DNA from: a virus
Lineage: Duplodnaviria; Caudoviricetes
Reading direction: 5' to 3' (one strand)
DNA length: 64,000 bases
IMG/VR virus record: IMGVR_UViG_3300028048_000092
Span: 32,001 to 96,000 of that record
Below the pieces are notes generated by a model. The model ran no database searches and was not told where the DNA came from. It saw only the letters and a program-made list of their open reading frames with translations. Below, piece after piece: positions 30,476 through 42,339 of this stretch. Positions within the stretch are counted from its first letter, which is position 1. Each line of letters begins with the position of its first letter. The position numbers and the translations under genes were made by a program.

Positions 30476-31894
30476 ATGCCACTGTATCATCACCAGGTTA
30501 GCACTTCTGATGTATATGTACCAACAGGGAAAACCATGCCTACAGGGGCAGTGTTCTATGCGCCGTTATCGTCTGCGTCTGCGACGGCAGCGACCGGGCA
30601 GACGTTAACGGCAAAAGGGACTGCTACATATCAGAATCAACAAGGCATCAACTGCGTTTATTTTAATGGAAGTTCTTCATATATTTACATCCCTGAAGCC
30701 CTTGCCGATACCTTTCCTGGGTTAAGTTCCAAAGATACCTTAGCTTATTGTTGCTGGTTCAACACAAAAAATAAAAATGCCGGCCAGGAGATAATCTCTT
30801 GTACAGAGGGTGGGGGGTTTAGTATTGGATTAAATTCGGACGGCAATTCGGGTTATATGCATATTTATGTGATGGCAGGTGGTTCATATTTAAATGAGAA
30901 TATTTGTCCCATTTCCAAGGTAAAACAGGATCAGTGGATGTTTATATGCGTTAATTATAACGGAAGCACTGTTGATGTATATTTAGATAACGAGAAGGTA
31001 AATTCTTTTAATAAAACTGGGAATCTTGGCATGCCGAACAACGCTCCTTTGGCGATAGGAGCAGAAAGCGCGGATCTATCTACGACGTTTTCTTCTGATT
31101 GTTTCAATGGTTATATATCTTCCGTGCGCGTCTACGACCGTGCCTTAACCCAATCGGAAATTACCACTCTATCGCAAGAGTTTGCCCTTGCCGTGGAGAC
31201 TTCCGGCTTCGATGAGCTCGGCCATCCGGTGCAATATGATTCTGCCTTTGATGCTGGGTGTTCACTTTCTTACAGCTGGGTAGACGAGAATACAATATTA
31301 TATATTCCTATGTATGGTAATTCTCCTTTTACCGATAAAAGTCAGAATCAATATTCAGTAACGAACAATGGTGTAACTGCTGTGACTAATGTCGCACCTC
31401 CTTCAGGAGGAACAGGGGCTGGATACTTAAATTCAACAAACCACTATCTATATACAGGAATTAATATCCTCAACGGTCTGACTACTTTTACGCTTGAGTT
31501 TGATTTCAGGCTGACACAAATCCCCAGCGGGGGAAATGACTGGGACGACGGCTATTACTTCGCTGCCAACGGGAATAATTACGACAATCCAGGATGCGAC
31601 ATGTATTTTGGAACCTCTCAGATTGTTCTTAATTTTGACAACTATAATAATCGGGTTGGAACTTCTTATACACCCGATACGAATTGGCACAACCTTAAGA
31701 TAACACGAGATTCATCTAATCTGGTATCCGTTTACATAGACGGCGTATTAATAAACAGCTATACCCGTTCCAATAGTTTTTACTCTGGTTCGTATGGCTT
31801 CGCGATCGGCAGAGTAGAGCCGCAGGGAGAAACCGGAGGTGCTGGTTTCCATGGGTATATAGCAAACTACCGAATTTCTAATATTGTGAGGTAA
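30476..31894 (+). CDS. double LamG-domain receptor-binding/tail protein
   Basis: YFNGSSSYI, VRVYDRALTQSEI, FHGYIANYRISN; no TAG. Confidence 0.85.
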   Translation: MPLYHHQVSTSDVYVPTGKTMPTGAVFYAPLSSASATAATGQTLTAKGTATYQNQQGINCVYFNGSSSYIYIPEALADTFPGLSSKDTLAYCCWFNTKNKNAGQEIISCTEGGGFSIGLNSDGNSGYMHIYVMAGGSYLNENICPISKVKQDQWMFICVNYNGSTVDVYLDNEKVNSFNKTGNLGMPNNAPLAIGAESADLSTTFSSDCFNGYISSVRVYDRALTQSEITTLSQEFALAVETSGFDELGHPVQYDSAFDAGCSLSYSWVDENTILYIPMYGNSPFTDKSQNQYSVTNNGVTAVTNVAPPSGGTGAGYLNSTNHYLYTGINILNGLTTFTLEFDFRLTQIPSGGNDWDDGYYFAANGNNYDNPGCDMYFGTSQIVLNFDNYNNRVGTSYTPDTNWHNLKITRDSSNLVSVYIDGVLINSYTRSNSFYSGSYGFAIGRVEPQGETGGAGFHGYIANYRISNIVR

Positions 31895-31899
31895 ATATC

Positions 31900-33114
31900 A
31901 TGATATATCACCACCAATACAGCAACAAAGAAGTTTCGGCTGTTCCAACTACATTTACATCCAATACTTCTATTTCAGGATATGTATGTTCGGCAAGTAA
32001 TACTAATAGCAGCAATTACCCATGGAAGATATGGAAGCAGGACTACACTACATCCGAGTGGGCATGGTGGCCAGGGAATGTGAGTTTACCACAGTGGGTA
32101 CAAATTGAAGTTCCAGAAGCATTCGTTCCGACATCATTCATGGTCATGAATGAAATAGCAACTCCAGCGTCAATGAAAGCAGGGATATTTCAGGGATCAA
32201 ATAACGGTTCAAACTGGACTGACTTATATACGATCTCTGATTGGCCAGCTGATGCTGGATATAGGAACACAATGGAACTCTCTACCAATAATGCTTACAA
32301 GTATTACAGGTTGTACGTTACAGATGGATGGGTATCAGGTGATGCTGTATCAATCCAGGCCATGAAGATATTCAAGAGGGATATGCACCCTTCTTCCGGC
32401 TTCAACAACTGGGGTAAACCTGTCAAGTATCGCTCAGCTAAACTGGCTAAGTGCAACTGGAACCCGATACCGCAGGAAGGACTGGTCTTCTATGCATCAT
32501 TGGCTGAGGATTCCGCTACAGCTGAAACAGGGCAGACCTTCACAAAGAACAGTAAGGGGAACGGCATATCCTTCCAAACCTACAAGAATGTTCCTTGCGT
32601 TAGATTGCAAGATGGCAGCAACATGAAGGTAACTGCCATGACGGATATTCCAACTGGCAATAATCCTTTTACTATTTCCGCGTGGCACAATCTATTGATT
32701 CGCCCTGATGATGATTATGGTGTAGCTGGTTTCGGCTATGGAACGGATGGTGAACGTAGTCTTGTAATAACATGGTTTTCCGCTGCATATGAAGGACCAG
32801 AGAATAATATCGCAATTAATATTCGTGTCTCAAGCGGACTGGGCACCGGGGCAAAATATGTCCTTGGCAACTGGTATCATGTAGCATGTACTTTCGATGG
32901 GACAACATTCAAGACTTATGCTAACGGCGTTTTTGGAGACTCTGGAACAAGAACACTTAGTATGGGGAATACCGCTATATACATAGGAGCTCTCAATAAT
33001 AACCAAACAAATCCCTGGCGCGGTTATCTTGCTGGATGCCGCATCTATAATCGTGCATTAGACGAAAGCGAGATAGCCAAGCTCGCCAATGAGTTCCATC
33101 CTACCAATGACTGA
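31900..33114 (+). CDS. F5/8 type C (discoidin) plus LamG tail protein
   Basis: PQWVQIE, FQGSNNGSNWTDL, AYKYYRLYV; WYHVACTFDG, RIYNRALDESEI; no TAG. Confidence 0.85.
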   Translation: MIYHHQYSNKEVSAVPTTFTSNTSISGYVCSASNTNSSNYPWKIWKQDYTTSEWAWWPGNVSLPQWVQIEVPEAFVPTSFMVMNEIATPASMKAGIFQGSNNGSNWTDLYTISDWPADAGYRNTMELSTNNAYKYYRLYVTDGWVSGDAVSIQAMKIFKRDMHPSSGFNNWGKPVKYRSAKLAKCNWNPIPQEGLVFYASLAEDSATAETGQTFTKNSKGNGISFQTYKNVPCVRLQDGSNMKVTAMTDIPTGNNPFTISAWHNLLIRPDDDYGVAGFGYGTDGERSLVITWFSAAYEGPENNIAINIRVSSGLGTGAKYVLGNWYHVACTFDGTTFKTYANGVFGDSGTRTLSMGNTAIYIGALNNNQTNPWRGYLAGCRIYNRALDESEIAKLANEFHPTND

Positions 33115-33124
33115 GGCACTTTAA

Positions 33125-33505
33125 ATGTACATCAAAGACTCTCCTAAGCTATAGAAACTTCTGAAGAAGTGCCAGCTTACAGAATTTGGACGCTGGTTGA
33201 GGTGCTTTGACTGGAGCTCCATAAGGCTCTTTAAAGTCCCTTTTAAAAAATAGGGGCTTTTCACAGCCTGCTACATAGCTCCTCTCAATTGCATCCTTGC
33301 AGCTCCCGACTAGGATGGCAGAGTCTTTTTCAGTACTATATGCCATTAGCTGTATCATGCTTATCAGAAGCGTGTGAACGGAATGTTCAAATATTTGATA
33401 CTAAAGACCTTTAGAAGAAATAAATTATAGCTACCCGCTTAGGCAGCTTAGTTGAGTGCTGCTTAGTGGGCCTGCCAGCAACCCAGATAGGAGTTTGATA
33501 TATGA
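33125..33505 (+). CDS. small zincin-type metallopeptidase (TAG=Glu)
   Basis: ICH[TAG]LYHAYQ = HExxH and downstream L[TAG]LPA = E-x-x-A third ligand. Confidence 0.75.
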
Positions 33506-34434
33506 GTAACTATTCTGATTCTAATTTGATAAGCATCCCTGCTGCGAGTGTCCCTGCAGGCACTTTGGCAATGAAGGTTGGCAATAATATCTTTACTGCG
33601 GGGAATGTAGTCATAAGCGGCTCTTCCATGGACTTCTACAAGTGCTCTTATGTAAACTCCAATAGCTGGGGAGGGTATAAGGCAGTACAGGACCCAGACA
33701 CGAAAATATACAGTTTTGAAAGTAACTCTACTGCGGGGTTATTATATGATCAATCAAGCCCAGAAGTAGGAGGAATTTATTCTCAAGACGCTTTAATCTA
33801 GGTAGCTAGGATGTGGAAGGGTATTCCTCAAACAGGTCTGGTTTTTTATGCCCCGTTAACTACAAACTCTGCCACCGCAGAGACAGGGCAGTCACTTTCG
33901 TATAAGAATTGCACTTTTACAACATATAAGGGAATATCAGCTGTACGGATGTCGTATGCATGTATTACTACTGGTATACTTGCTCAAAGCGGATTGGACT
34001 CTGGCTTTACGCTTTCGATGTGGTTCTGTGATGATAGTTTCAGTAATAACTCAATTATTGCGCACATTGGAGATTGGGGTGGTGAGTCAGGTTACTGGTG
34101 TGGTCTCCAGTCCAATAATTATAAGCCTCAGTTATATTATCAGGAAGGAGTTGGAGCAGGAAGCAATAATAGTCTACAGAACAATACCTGGTATCATGTG
34201 GCATATGAGCAATATAATGGTACAGCTAAAGCGTGGATAAATGGAGTTGAAGATCTTAATACGTCAACTGCTACGACGCAATGTTCCGGACTTCCTTTGT
34301 ACATTGGAGATATTGACGGCTATTCTTCTCAATATCCATTTCAGGGATATTTAGCTGCAGTTAGACTTTATAACCGCGCTCTGACCACAGTAGAAATCGC
34401 CGCCCTCGCCTCCTAGTTCACCCCTACAGCCTGA
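33502..34434 (+). CDS. LamG tail protein (TAG=Glu)
   Basis: GLVFYAPL, FTLSMWF, WYHVA, VRLYNRALT..EI..LAS[TAG]FTPTA. Confidence 0.85.
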
Positions 34435-34486
34435 TAAAGCTTTCCTTTTCTACACTTTCAATGTAATTTGTAGAAAAGGAGCTTTT

Positions 34487-35212
34487 ATGACTGACATTAT
34501 TATTCCCTTAAGCAAAGAGTCTCCGGATAATAATCTGGAGCTTCGTGTGGCCCTGCGCTCCATCGAGCGCTATGCAAAGAACCTCGGACAGATACACATC
34601 TATTCTGCCCTTCCAGTTCCCTTCCTCGAGGATGTGGATGTGGTTATCATGGGGGATCCCTGTCCTAACTGCAAGGATGTGAACCTTATCAATAAAGTAA
34701 AAGCCGCTGCGTAGAACCCTAATGTAGCCGACCGCTTCATGTTCTGGAGCGACGACCAGCTCTTAACTTCAGAGCTGGACCTTGATAAAGCCCCTGTAGT
34801 AGCCAATGAAAGAGGGCTTGATTGGTTCCTTCAGAACAAGGGAAACAATAAGTGGTATTTCCGCATGCTCAATACTATGGAGTATGTGAAGAAGGAAACT
34901 GGTCTGAAGCTTGATTGGAACTACGACAGCCATGTTCCGCAGCCTTATCAGAAAGATGCTGTATTGGATGTTTTCAGCAGGGTGCCTTATGAGACTCTTC
35001 CGGGATTCTGCATCAATACTATTTATTATGGTATGCTCAGACAGCCCTATACCAAGCAGCAGAGGGAAGTGAAGGTGAACTTTGAAGGAAGAAGCGTTAC
35101 TATTCCTACTTCCATGAAGCTTTATGCAGGGCATGATCCTCAGTGCTGGAACATGGGCGCCAAGCTGTTCTTTATCGGGATGTTCTATGAGAAGAGCAGG
35201 TGGGAAGTATGA
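34487..35212 (+). CDS. Stealth-like sugar-phosphate/glycosyltransferase (TAG=Glu)
   Basis: ELRVALRSIERY, F+FWSDD, NYDSHVP. Confidence 0.7.
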
Positions 35213-35766
35213 TTCGTAAATTATTTCCTATGAGGAGAGGACGGTTTAAAGACGGCCTATTGTAGCTTGTTGATACAATAGAAGGTAGCAACTTACTTAC
35301 GCTCTAGATAGGCAGCTACGCAGGAGAGTCCGCTTAGATATTTCTTTCTTCAGGTAAATTTGCTAAGATTTATTGTATAGATCCTTGGGAAAACGGTTAT
35401 GATATACAGGATTAGGCCTCTTTTACTAATGATCTGGCCGAAGAATTCTTCGATAGGCGTTTTAGTAAAGATCCTCGTGTTGTTAAAATAAAAGGATATT
35501 CTTTTAACGAAGTGCCTAAGTTAGCGGATGGCTACTTTGATTTTATCTATGTAGATGGAAGTCATAAAAAAGAAGATGTCTATAGAGACCTTTAGATAGT
35601 ATTTCCAAAATTAAAAGCTACAGGCTTATTAGCTGGACATGACTATGGCCCTCTACACAGATGGTCTGGTGTAATGGAAGCTGTAGATGAGTTTTTGCTG
35701 CGTAAGCCGGAACATACTTTCCAAGATTTTAGCTGGTGTTGTAAGAAGGAGAGTATTCAAAGATGA
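35209..35766 (+). CDS. class I SAM-dependent methyltransferase (Methyltransf_24-like, TAG=Glu)
   Basis: L[TAG]IGSYAGES, YCIDPW, FDFIYVDGSH, GLLAGHDY. Confidence 0.85.
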
Positions 35767-36527
35767 ATGATATAACTATTATTACTCCTACTAGGAATCG
35801 CCCGGAGCAGCTTCCACTTGTTATAGAGTGTATTAATAATCAAACTGTAAAGCCTGATAAATGGATTATAATAGATGATGGTCCATAGCCGCTCCCCAGA
35901 GAGCTTTTGCAGAATAGCGTAGTGCCTGTTGAATACGGTTGGTATAAGCAATTCTTACCAGCTTCTACTCCATATAACTCCGCACAGGCTTTAGCAAGAG
36001 TATCTACGAAAAAGTGCATATTTATCGACGATGATGATTACTATCCTCCTACTTATATAGAAGCACTCAGTAAGAAACTTGACAATAAAGAAAATACTCT
36101 AGTAGCAGAAGAGAAGTGGATCGATTATAGACTCTCTACAGGTTACTACAGAATAAGACATCTGCACACTGAAAGCTATCGACCTGGATGTACCTTTTTT
36201 GAATGGCATAGCGCAGGTATTACAGGACAGGAACTTAGAGAGTACATGCAGAAAATTCTTTTGAAGTTTCCCAATGGCAGATATAACGACAGGACCTGTT
36301 ACTAGAATATCTTTCTTAAGGGCACATTCAGTTTTTTTACAGTAGACTTTGGAAAGGATTCCTGTATCTCATTAAAAGATTATGGAACAGGAAATCCAGG
36401 TGCGATTAAGACACACTTCTCTAATGACGGTATGATAGAAGACAAGGACTTTAAGTTCTTTAAAGAGCGCTTAGGAGAAGACTGGCATAGATATGAAAAG
36501 TATTTAGGTAGAAGAAAGGTAAAATAA
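35763..36527 (+). CDS. GT2-family glycosyltransferase (TAG=Glu)
   Basis: ITIITPTRNRP, WIIIDDG, FIDDDDYYPPTYI. Confidence 0.85.
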
Positions 36528-36528
36528 A

Positions 36529-37980
36529 ATGGATAGATCTTTTACTTTTAATCACAGCGGTTCTATGGGGGATCTTTTCAGTTCTTTATATTTTGTAATT
36601 GAGTACCTTGAGTCTAGAGGAGCCTCGGCAAAACAGGCCATTTTTAATATTCCATTAGAAATACCTACAAGAAACTCTCCATATAGGGAAGGAGTTAATT
36701 TTCCAACTACAACAGGAGCCTTTATAGCTGAGCTTCTACAATATATGGGATTTTAGGTTACACATAAAAAGAAAACTTAGCTTAGCAATTATATAGATCT
36801 GGATACTTTTAGAAGCTTAAATAAAATTAATCTGGATGGAGGAGATCTTAGAGAATGGTATTATCAAACTTATGATAAGCATCTGCCAAGAGATTTTACA
36901 AGAAAGTTAATATAGGTTATGCCAGATCCCTCTTTAGGTCTTCAAGATAAACTTATTATATTTAGGACCTCTAGATACATTAATCCTTTTATTAATTGGA
37001 AACAATTGGAAGTTTTTAAAGAAAAATTTGTCTTCGTAGGGCTTGATTTTTAGTATAAAAACTTTTGCAGGGATTTTTTCGAAATTCCTTTTATGCCTGT
37101 GACAAGTGCCTTAGATACAGCCGTTAAATTTGTTTCTGCAAAGGGTGTTATAGGAAATCCTTGCGGTTTGTATCATATAGCAGAATTGCTGAAAGTGCCT
37201 AGAATTTATATATCTACAGAATGGAAATCCAATGGAGTAAAAGGACCTCTCACAACACTGCCTATTGGAGGTTGGAATGAAGTAGTTCGTGTGGATTCAC
37301 ACTTGCTTCCTGCAGTCGAGGCTTTATTAGGCCCTGTTCTTAAGAGTAACTGTAATTCCCACATAGATATATGGCTAAATGATCATATATTTAAAGGTAA
37401 ACGTAACGGATTTTATATTGAGTGTGGAGCTAATGATGGTAAACGTGACTCTATTTCTTATTTTTATGAGAAATATTTTGACTGGAAAGGATGTCTGATA
37501 GAACCGCAGTCTGTACTTATGGATAAATGTAAACAGTGTAGAAGTCCTGAAAATATCTTTATCCAGAAGGGCCTAGGAATCTGTAATAAACAAATGCCTT
37601 TTACTATACCTTAGGATAATTTAGATAATGCCTCCTTGAATTTATCCAAAGCGCATTATGATACTCTTAAGCGGCAGGGCTATGGTAAATCCTTTAGGAA
37701 AGAACTTATAGAAGTTATCGATTACGAGACACTTATGCAATCTATTCCTCGCGAAATAGATTTGGCTATTTTTGATGTATAGGGAGGTTAGATGGATATC
37801 CTGCTGAGTATGTTCCAGACTGTAGCTGATTGGGAAAAGACCTTTCCGAAGATTCTTGTAGTTGAACATGACTGGTCGGATAAACAAGCTCTTATTAATT
37901 GTGCTTCTCCTTATTATAAAGTGTTGGAAGTTTTTAAGAGCGATATTGTGTTTCAGCGACATACTCCTTGGGGAGACTGA
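36529..37980 (+). CDS. GT-B (GT9-like) glycosyltransferase fused to FkbM methyltransferase (TAG=Glu)
   Basis: FNHSGSMGDL, RTSRY, VIGNPCG..HIAELL; GFYIECGANDG, LIEP, DV[TAG]GG[TAG]MDIL, LVVEH. Confidence 0.8.
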
Positions 37981-38801
37981 TGGTAATCCTTCACAGAGGT
38001 AAATGCGGGGATCTCATTGCTCTTTGTGCCTGGCTCAGAGAACATCATTCTCAATAGAAAGCCCACATATACATCAAGGAGCATAGGAGCTTCCAAAAAA
38101 ACAGCGTTGACTGGATAGCTCCTCTTCTATTACAGCAACCCTATATAGAGAAAGTGGATATCTGCTAGAAGCTTTCCGATGTAGAGCCTGTAAATGACAT
38201 TCCATGTGATCTTAAAAAAGCAAGAGAAGAAGCGCTTCTCAACAAGTCCTATACTGCTTGGTGGGTAGATGAACCTAAATGGTGGGAAGAAGTAGGTGCT
38301 GTAAGAAATGAGACGGACTTGAGGGACCGCGTTCCTCTGGCTTATGATGAGCTCCTCAAAGATAACTCCCCTTGGCTGCAAGTACCAGAACACTAGAGAT
38401 ACATCAAAGAACCTTATATAGTTGTGTCTGTTACTCCCCGCTACGGCTGTATGGCAGACCTCTCGGCTGTAAAAGCACTTGCGAAGGATTACAGGATAAT
38501 CTTTCTAGGGCAGCAACATAATTGGCAATACAGCGGAGCTTTTACTTACAGCTCCTTCTGCCAGGCACCTTTATCCATACAGCATGCGCAGCTTATAAAG
38601 GACTGTTCTTTATATGTAGGTACCCAGACTTTACAGACCTGGCTTGCTTAGTCCTTAGGAGTTGACAGGATAGTTTCCGCTTCTCCGAGATTCCACGATA
38701 CTACACTGAGAGTGGAAAAAGGATTTAAAGCGTCTGTAAATAATAAAGAGCAACTAACAGAAGCTTTACAGCAATGGAAGTCCTTAACGCCCTCTTCATA
38801 A
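37980..38801 (+). CDS. GT-B (GT9-like) glycosyltransferase (TAG=Glu)
   Basis: HRGKCGDLI, LLLQQPYI, TPRY, IKDCSLYVGTQT..WLA[TAG]SLG. Confidence 0.75.
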
Positions 38802-38819
38802 ATGAACTGAAAGGCGTTT

Positions 38820-39398
38820 ATGTCGGATTCTAAAATTACAGATTACTCGGGCTGGGCTTATTCCCTCCCCGCAGAGCCCTCTTAGAAGGACTATGACAAG
38901 TTGTCCTCTAAGTTGAAGACCTTTGTATAGTCTTCGAAGTTCCTCAGAGAGGGCAGCACGGTGGATGAATATGATCCTTAGACCGGGAAGCGTATTAAGA
39001 GGCCTGTTTCCAATGTGGTATATAAGTCCTCTCCTCAAGATGAAGAAGGGCTTCCTGCAGAGGAACTCAGACAGCTCATACAGAAGGGCGTCCTGGAGAA
39101 CAACAGAGAAGCCCTTGAAGAAGCTTCCAAGTATCACTTCTACACAGCCGACAGATTTGTCACTTAGAAATAGCGCCAGAAACAGGAAGATAAGAAACGT
39201 AGAACTAGAATAATATTAACATCCCTTGCAGTAGGTGCTCCTACAGGTACCGTATTGGGACTGGCTTACCTTGCAAATGCCCGCAAGTACGGAGATCCGA
39301 TTACTGTGGGTAAAGTAATGGAAGCCGGTAAGCTCGGTCTTTTAGGACTTGGGGCGGGAGTTGCTACTGCGGGAATAATGGAGAGTTTAAGATCATGA
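38820..39398 (+). CDS. putative virion protein with C-terminal Gly/Ala hydrophobic helices (TAG=Glu)
   Basis: 192 aa, TGA stop overlapping the next start. Confidence 0.7.
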
Positions 39399-39844
39399 GT
39401 TATCAGGAAATTTACAGAGGTCTGAATAAGAAAGCCTCTGATGAGCAGCTTAAGAAGCTTGCAGGGATGATAAAGCAGGCTAAGTTGAATAAAGAAGCCG
39501 GTAGCTGGCTGACAACAGCGCTGAAGACCGGCTTTAACAGCAGTAAGGATTTCGGGAAGAAGGTTTTATTTACAACAGGAAAGGCCTTTAGAGATCATCC
39601 TATTGCTATGACAGGTACTACTGCATTGACACTCGGAGGGATTCCAACAGCATCTTATTTTATGGGCCGTTCCAGTCTGTCAGAACCTCTTGCCAAAGCT
39701 AATGAGACTGTTAAAAAGCTGACCGAATAGAAGAAAGCCCTTGAAGATCAGTCCGGTTGGGCCAAACTCTGGGAAGACCTCAAGAAGTGGTGGGCTAAGC
39801 TCTGGGAAAGCAAACAAGAAGCACCAAAGGCAGCAGGTAAGTGA
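39395..39844 (+). CDS. putative head-internal protein (TAG=Glu)
   Basis: MSYQEIYRGLNKKAS...KQA...KEA. Confidence 0.75.
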
Positions 39845-39847
39845 TAT

Positions 39848-40435
39848 ATGAATAAGAACGCTTATTTTAAAATGATGGGGCTGCAGAAGAAGGCCCACTA
39901 GGGTATTCCGGATTAGAATACATCTCCATAGGAGTATAGAGAACTCGCAGAGAGAGGAAATGTAATAGGCAGTAAAAGTGCTTAGAAAGCAGTTAATAAA
40001 CCGCAAAAAACTTTTCTGTAGCTTGTGAGAGAAAATCAGGCATCGCAAAAAGCGCAGGAAACTAAAAGGAATGCTTTTCTTTCTGGTAAGGTAAGTGAAG
40101 ATGCTATTAAGAGTCCCGAAATACGTACTGCTATCCAGGCTACTACACCGGAAGCTCGGTTTAATCTGCTTACCGGCAGATATAAACCAGATACACTACC
40201 TTCTCAATTTAGAGAAGCTCTGAATGCGGCGGCTAAGAAGGATCTGAATATATACAACAACTACAAGAATAAAGGCTGGTGGGAGAGATTCCTTGCCTGG
40301 TTCCAGCAAATGTATGCAAGATTCTCCGGAGGGAATGAGGGAGCTACTTTAAGAGGCGGCGCTCAGAACGCAAAGAATAGATTCCTTCAGTACTTTGCCT
40401 AGGCACCCACTGCAGCACAGAACAAGCTGATATAA
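39848..40435 (+). CDS. putative head-internal protein (TAG=Glu)
   Basis: MNKNAYFKMMGLQKKA; WWERFLAWF segment similar to the 39395 C-terminus. Confidence 0.7.
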
Positions 40436-40534
40436 TAAATAAGAGAGCTTTTACAAGGACCTTCCACATTACTCAGCTGGAAGGTCCTTTTTATATTCCG
40501 CTTTACCTTCCTCCCATAAGAAAAGAGGTATAAG

Positions 40535-42232
40535 ATGACATATAAAGAAGTATTATATAAAAAGGCGCAAGAAATACCTTCTTCTTTTGGGTATGGGGCG
40601 CCTGGCTTGCTGCCTTTGCAGTAGCAAGCCGACACTATAAAGCCAGTGACATCCTTTAATACCAGCAATAAAGTCACCCACGGCACTGGGATTCCATCGG
40701 ATAGGGCATGGTCTGATTATGTTGCAAATATAGCCAAACATACAGGTAAATATTTTATAGATAATCCAGGTAAATCTCTTAGAAACGGAGCTAATGGTGC
40801 CGCTAATGCCTTTGCATGGGGGTTACCCAGGTTTCTCGGAAATGCATATAACTTTGGAGCAGATGTTGTAAACCTTCCTGCAAACTTATATGGTCTGGGT
40901 AATTATGCTTTAGGCGGAGCGGGAAAGCCTCTTTATCAACTCCCAAAAGTAGATATGGATCAACTCCATAGTACCTGGTTCGGAGCAGATCCTCTGTCAG
41001 GATAGGCAGGGGCGGTTGTAGGGTAGTTTGGATTACCCGTAGCTGCCGCAGGGAGTATGAAATGGTTGGATAAAAGCCTAGCATTAGCGGGGGACCGCAA
41101 AAGCGTACTGTCTTATCCTGACGCCTGGAAAAAAGATATCACTTCAAATATGTTGGCCAGGGCTAAAAGACTGTAGAGGCACGCAGGACTGCCACATACA
41201 GCTGCTGATTTCAAAAATAAAAAAGCATATATAAAGCACTTGTAGCAGTTGCGCGATAGCGGAAAAGACATTTCACATATTTATTGGAATACCGGCGAAA
41301 AGCTTGTGCCTAGAGCATATAATAGACTAGCTAAGCAAAGAGGATTCAAGCCAATAAAATCGGACTATACATCTGCTTTTTCCTATGCACACTCAAACCC
41401 CTCAATAGAGTTCATTCCCGGTAATAAAAACGCAGATGCTTTGTATAGAGAGCTGTTAAAATAGGCAGACGATTTTGACAGCTTAAATTATATTATTAGT
41501 AGGTTTAAATCCGCTCCTAAAAATAAGATGCATGCTCTTCGAGATGTATACAGGCGTGTACCTGTTCCAAATACCTCGGTAGGCGAATAGGTAGCATCCG
41601 CTTCTCGTAACGGAGATCTTTTATTATATAAGGGCTGGTAGGGTAATTATAAGCCAGCTACGCTGGAAAATCAACTGTATCATTCTGGTTCGGCTAACTC
41701 TAACAGATGGTTAGGTGGGATGCCTGAAACTTCTTTAAGTCCCAGCTATTCTGGCAGAGGTGGTAATCTTGCTATTATACAGATCCCAGAGAAACCTTCG
41801 CCTATACCAAGAGTGAGGGAGAGATTTCAGCCACACATAGGATCTAACGTGCAGGCAGGTTCTCCAACGGAAGTTTATGACGCATTTCGTGCTAAGGTAG
41901 ATCCAAAAGTAAATATAGGTCACTATGATATCGGGATGTCTCCGGAATATGAATTTGTAGCACTGCCTAATTAGTGGAAAAAGTTACCTCAGTTAAAGCA
42001 TAAGGTATATTCTATAGGAGATTATTCCGGAAACGATGTCAGTAAGTTTCGTCGTTTAAGTGACCCATTACCAGGAAGAGTGGCGAATATTCCCCTTGTA
42101 GATTGGAGTAAACCTATAAAATATCAACGTAATCCCAGGTATTGGAACGTACCTCTTTGGAAACACCCACTTAAAGAAGAAGGACTGGCGGCTATACCTT
42201 CTATAAGTTCTCAATAGGATAGTGAATTGTAA
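40535..42232 (+). CDS. putative head-internal protein, possible C-terminal ADP-ribosyltransferase-like domain (TAG=Glu)
   Basis: MTYKEVLYKKA; 565 aa in one frame; LYKG...TS...EYEFV. Confidence 0.7.
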
Positions 42233-42339
42233 TTTTATTCCTTAAGTGAAGTATATAAAGATCTCCTAGAAGACTCTTTATAAAAGACTTTCTCATTGCC
42301 TTTTACTTCTCCCTCTATATGATACTGTGGAGGTTTTAA

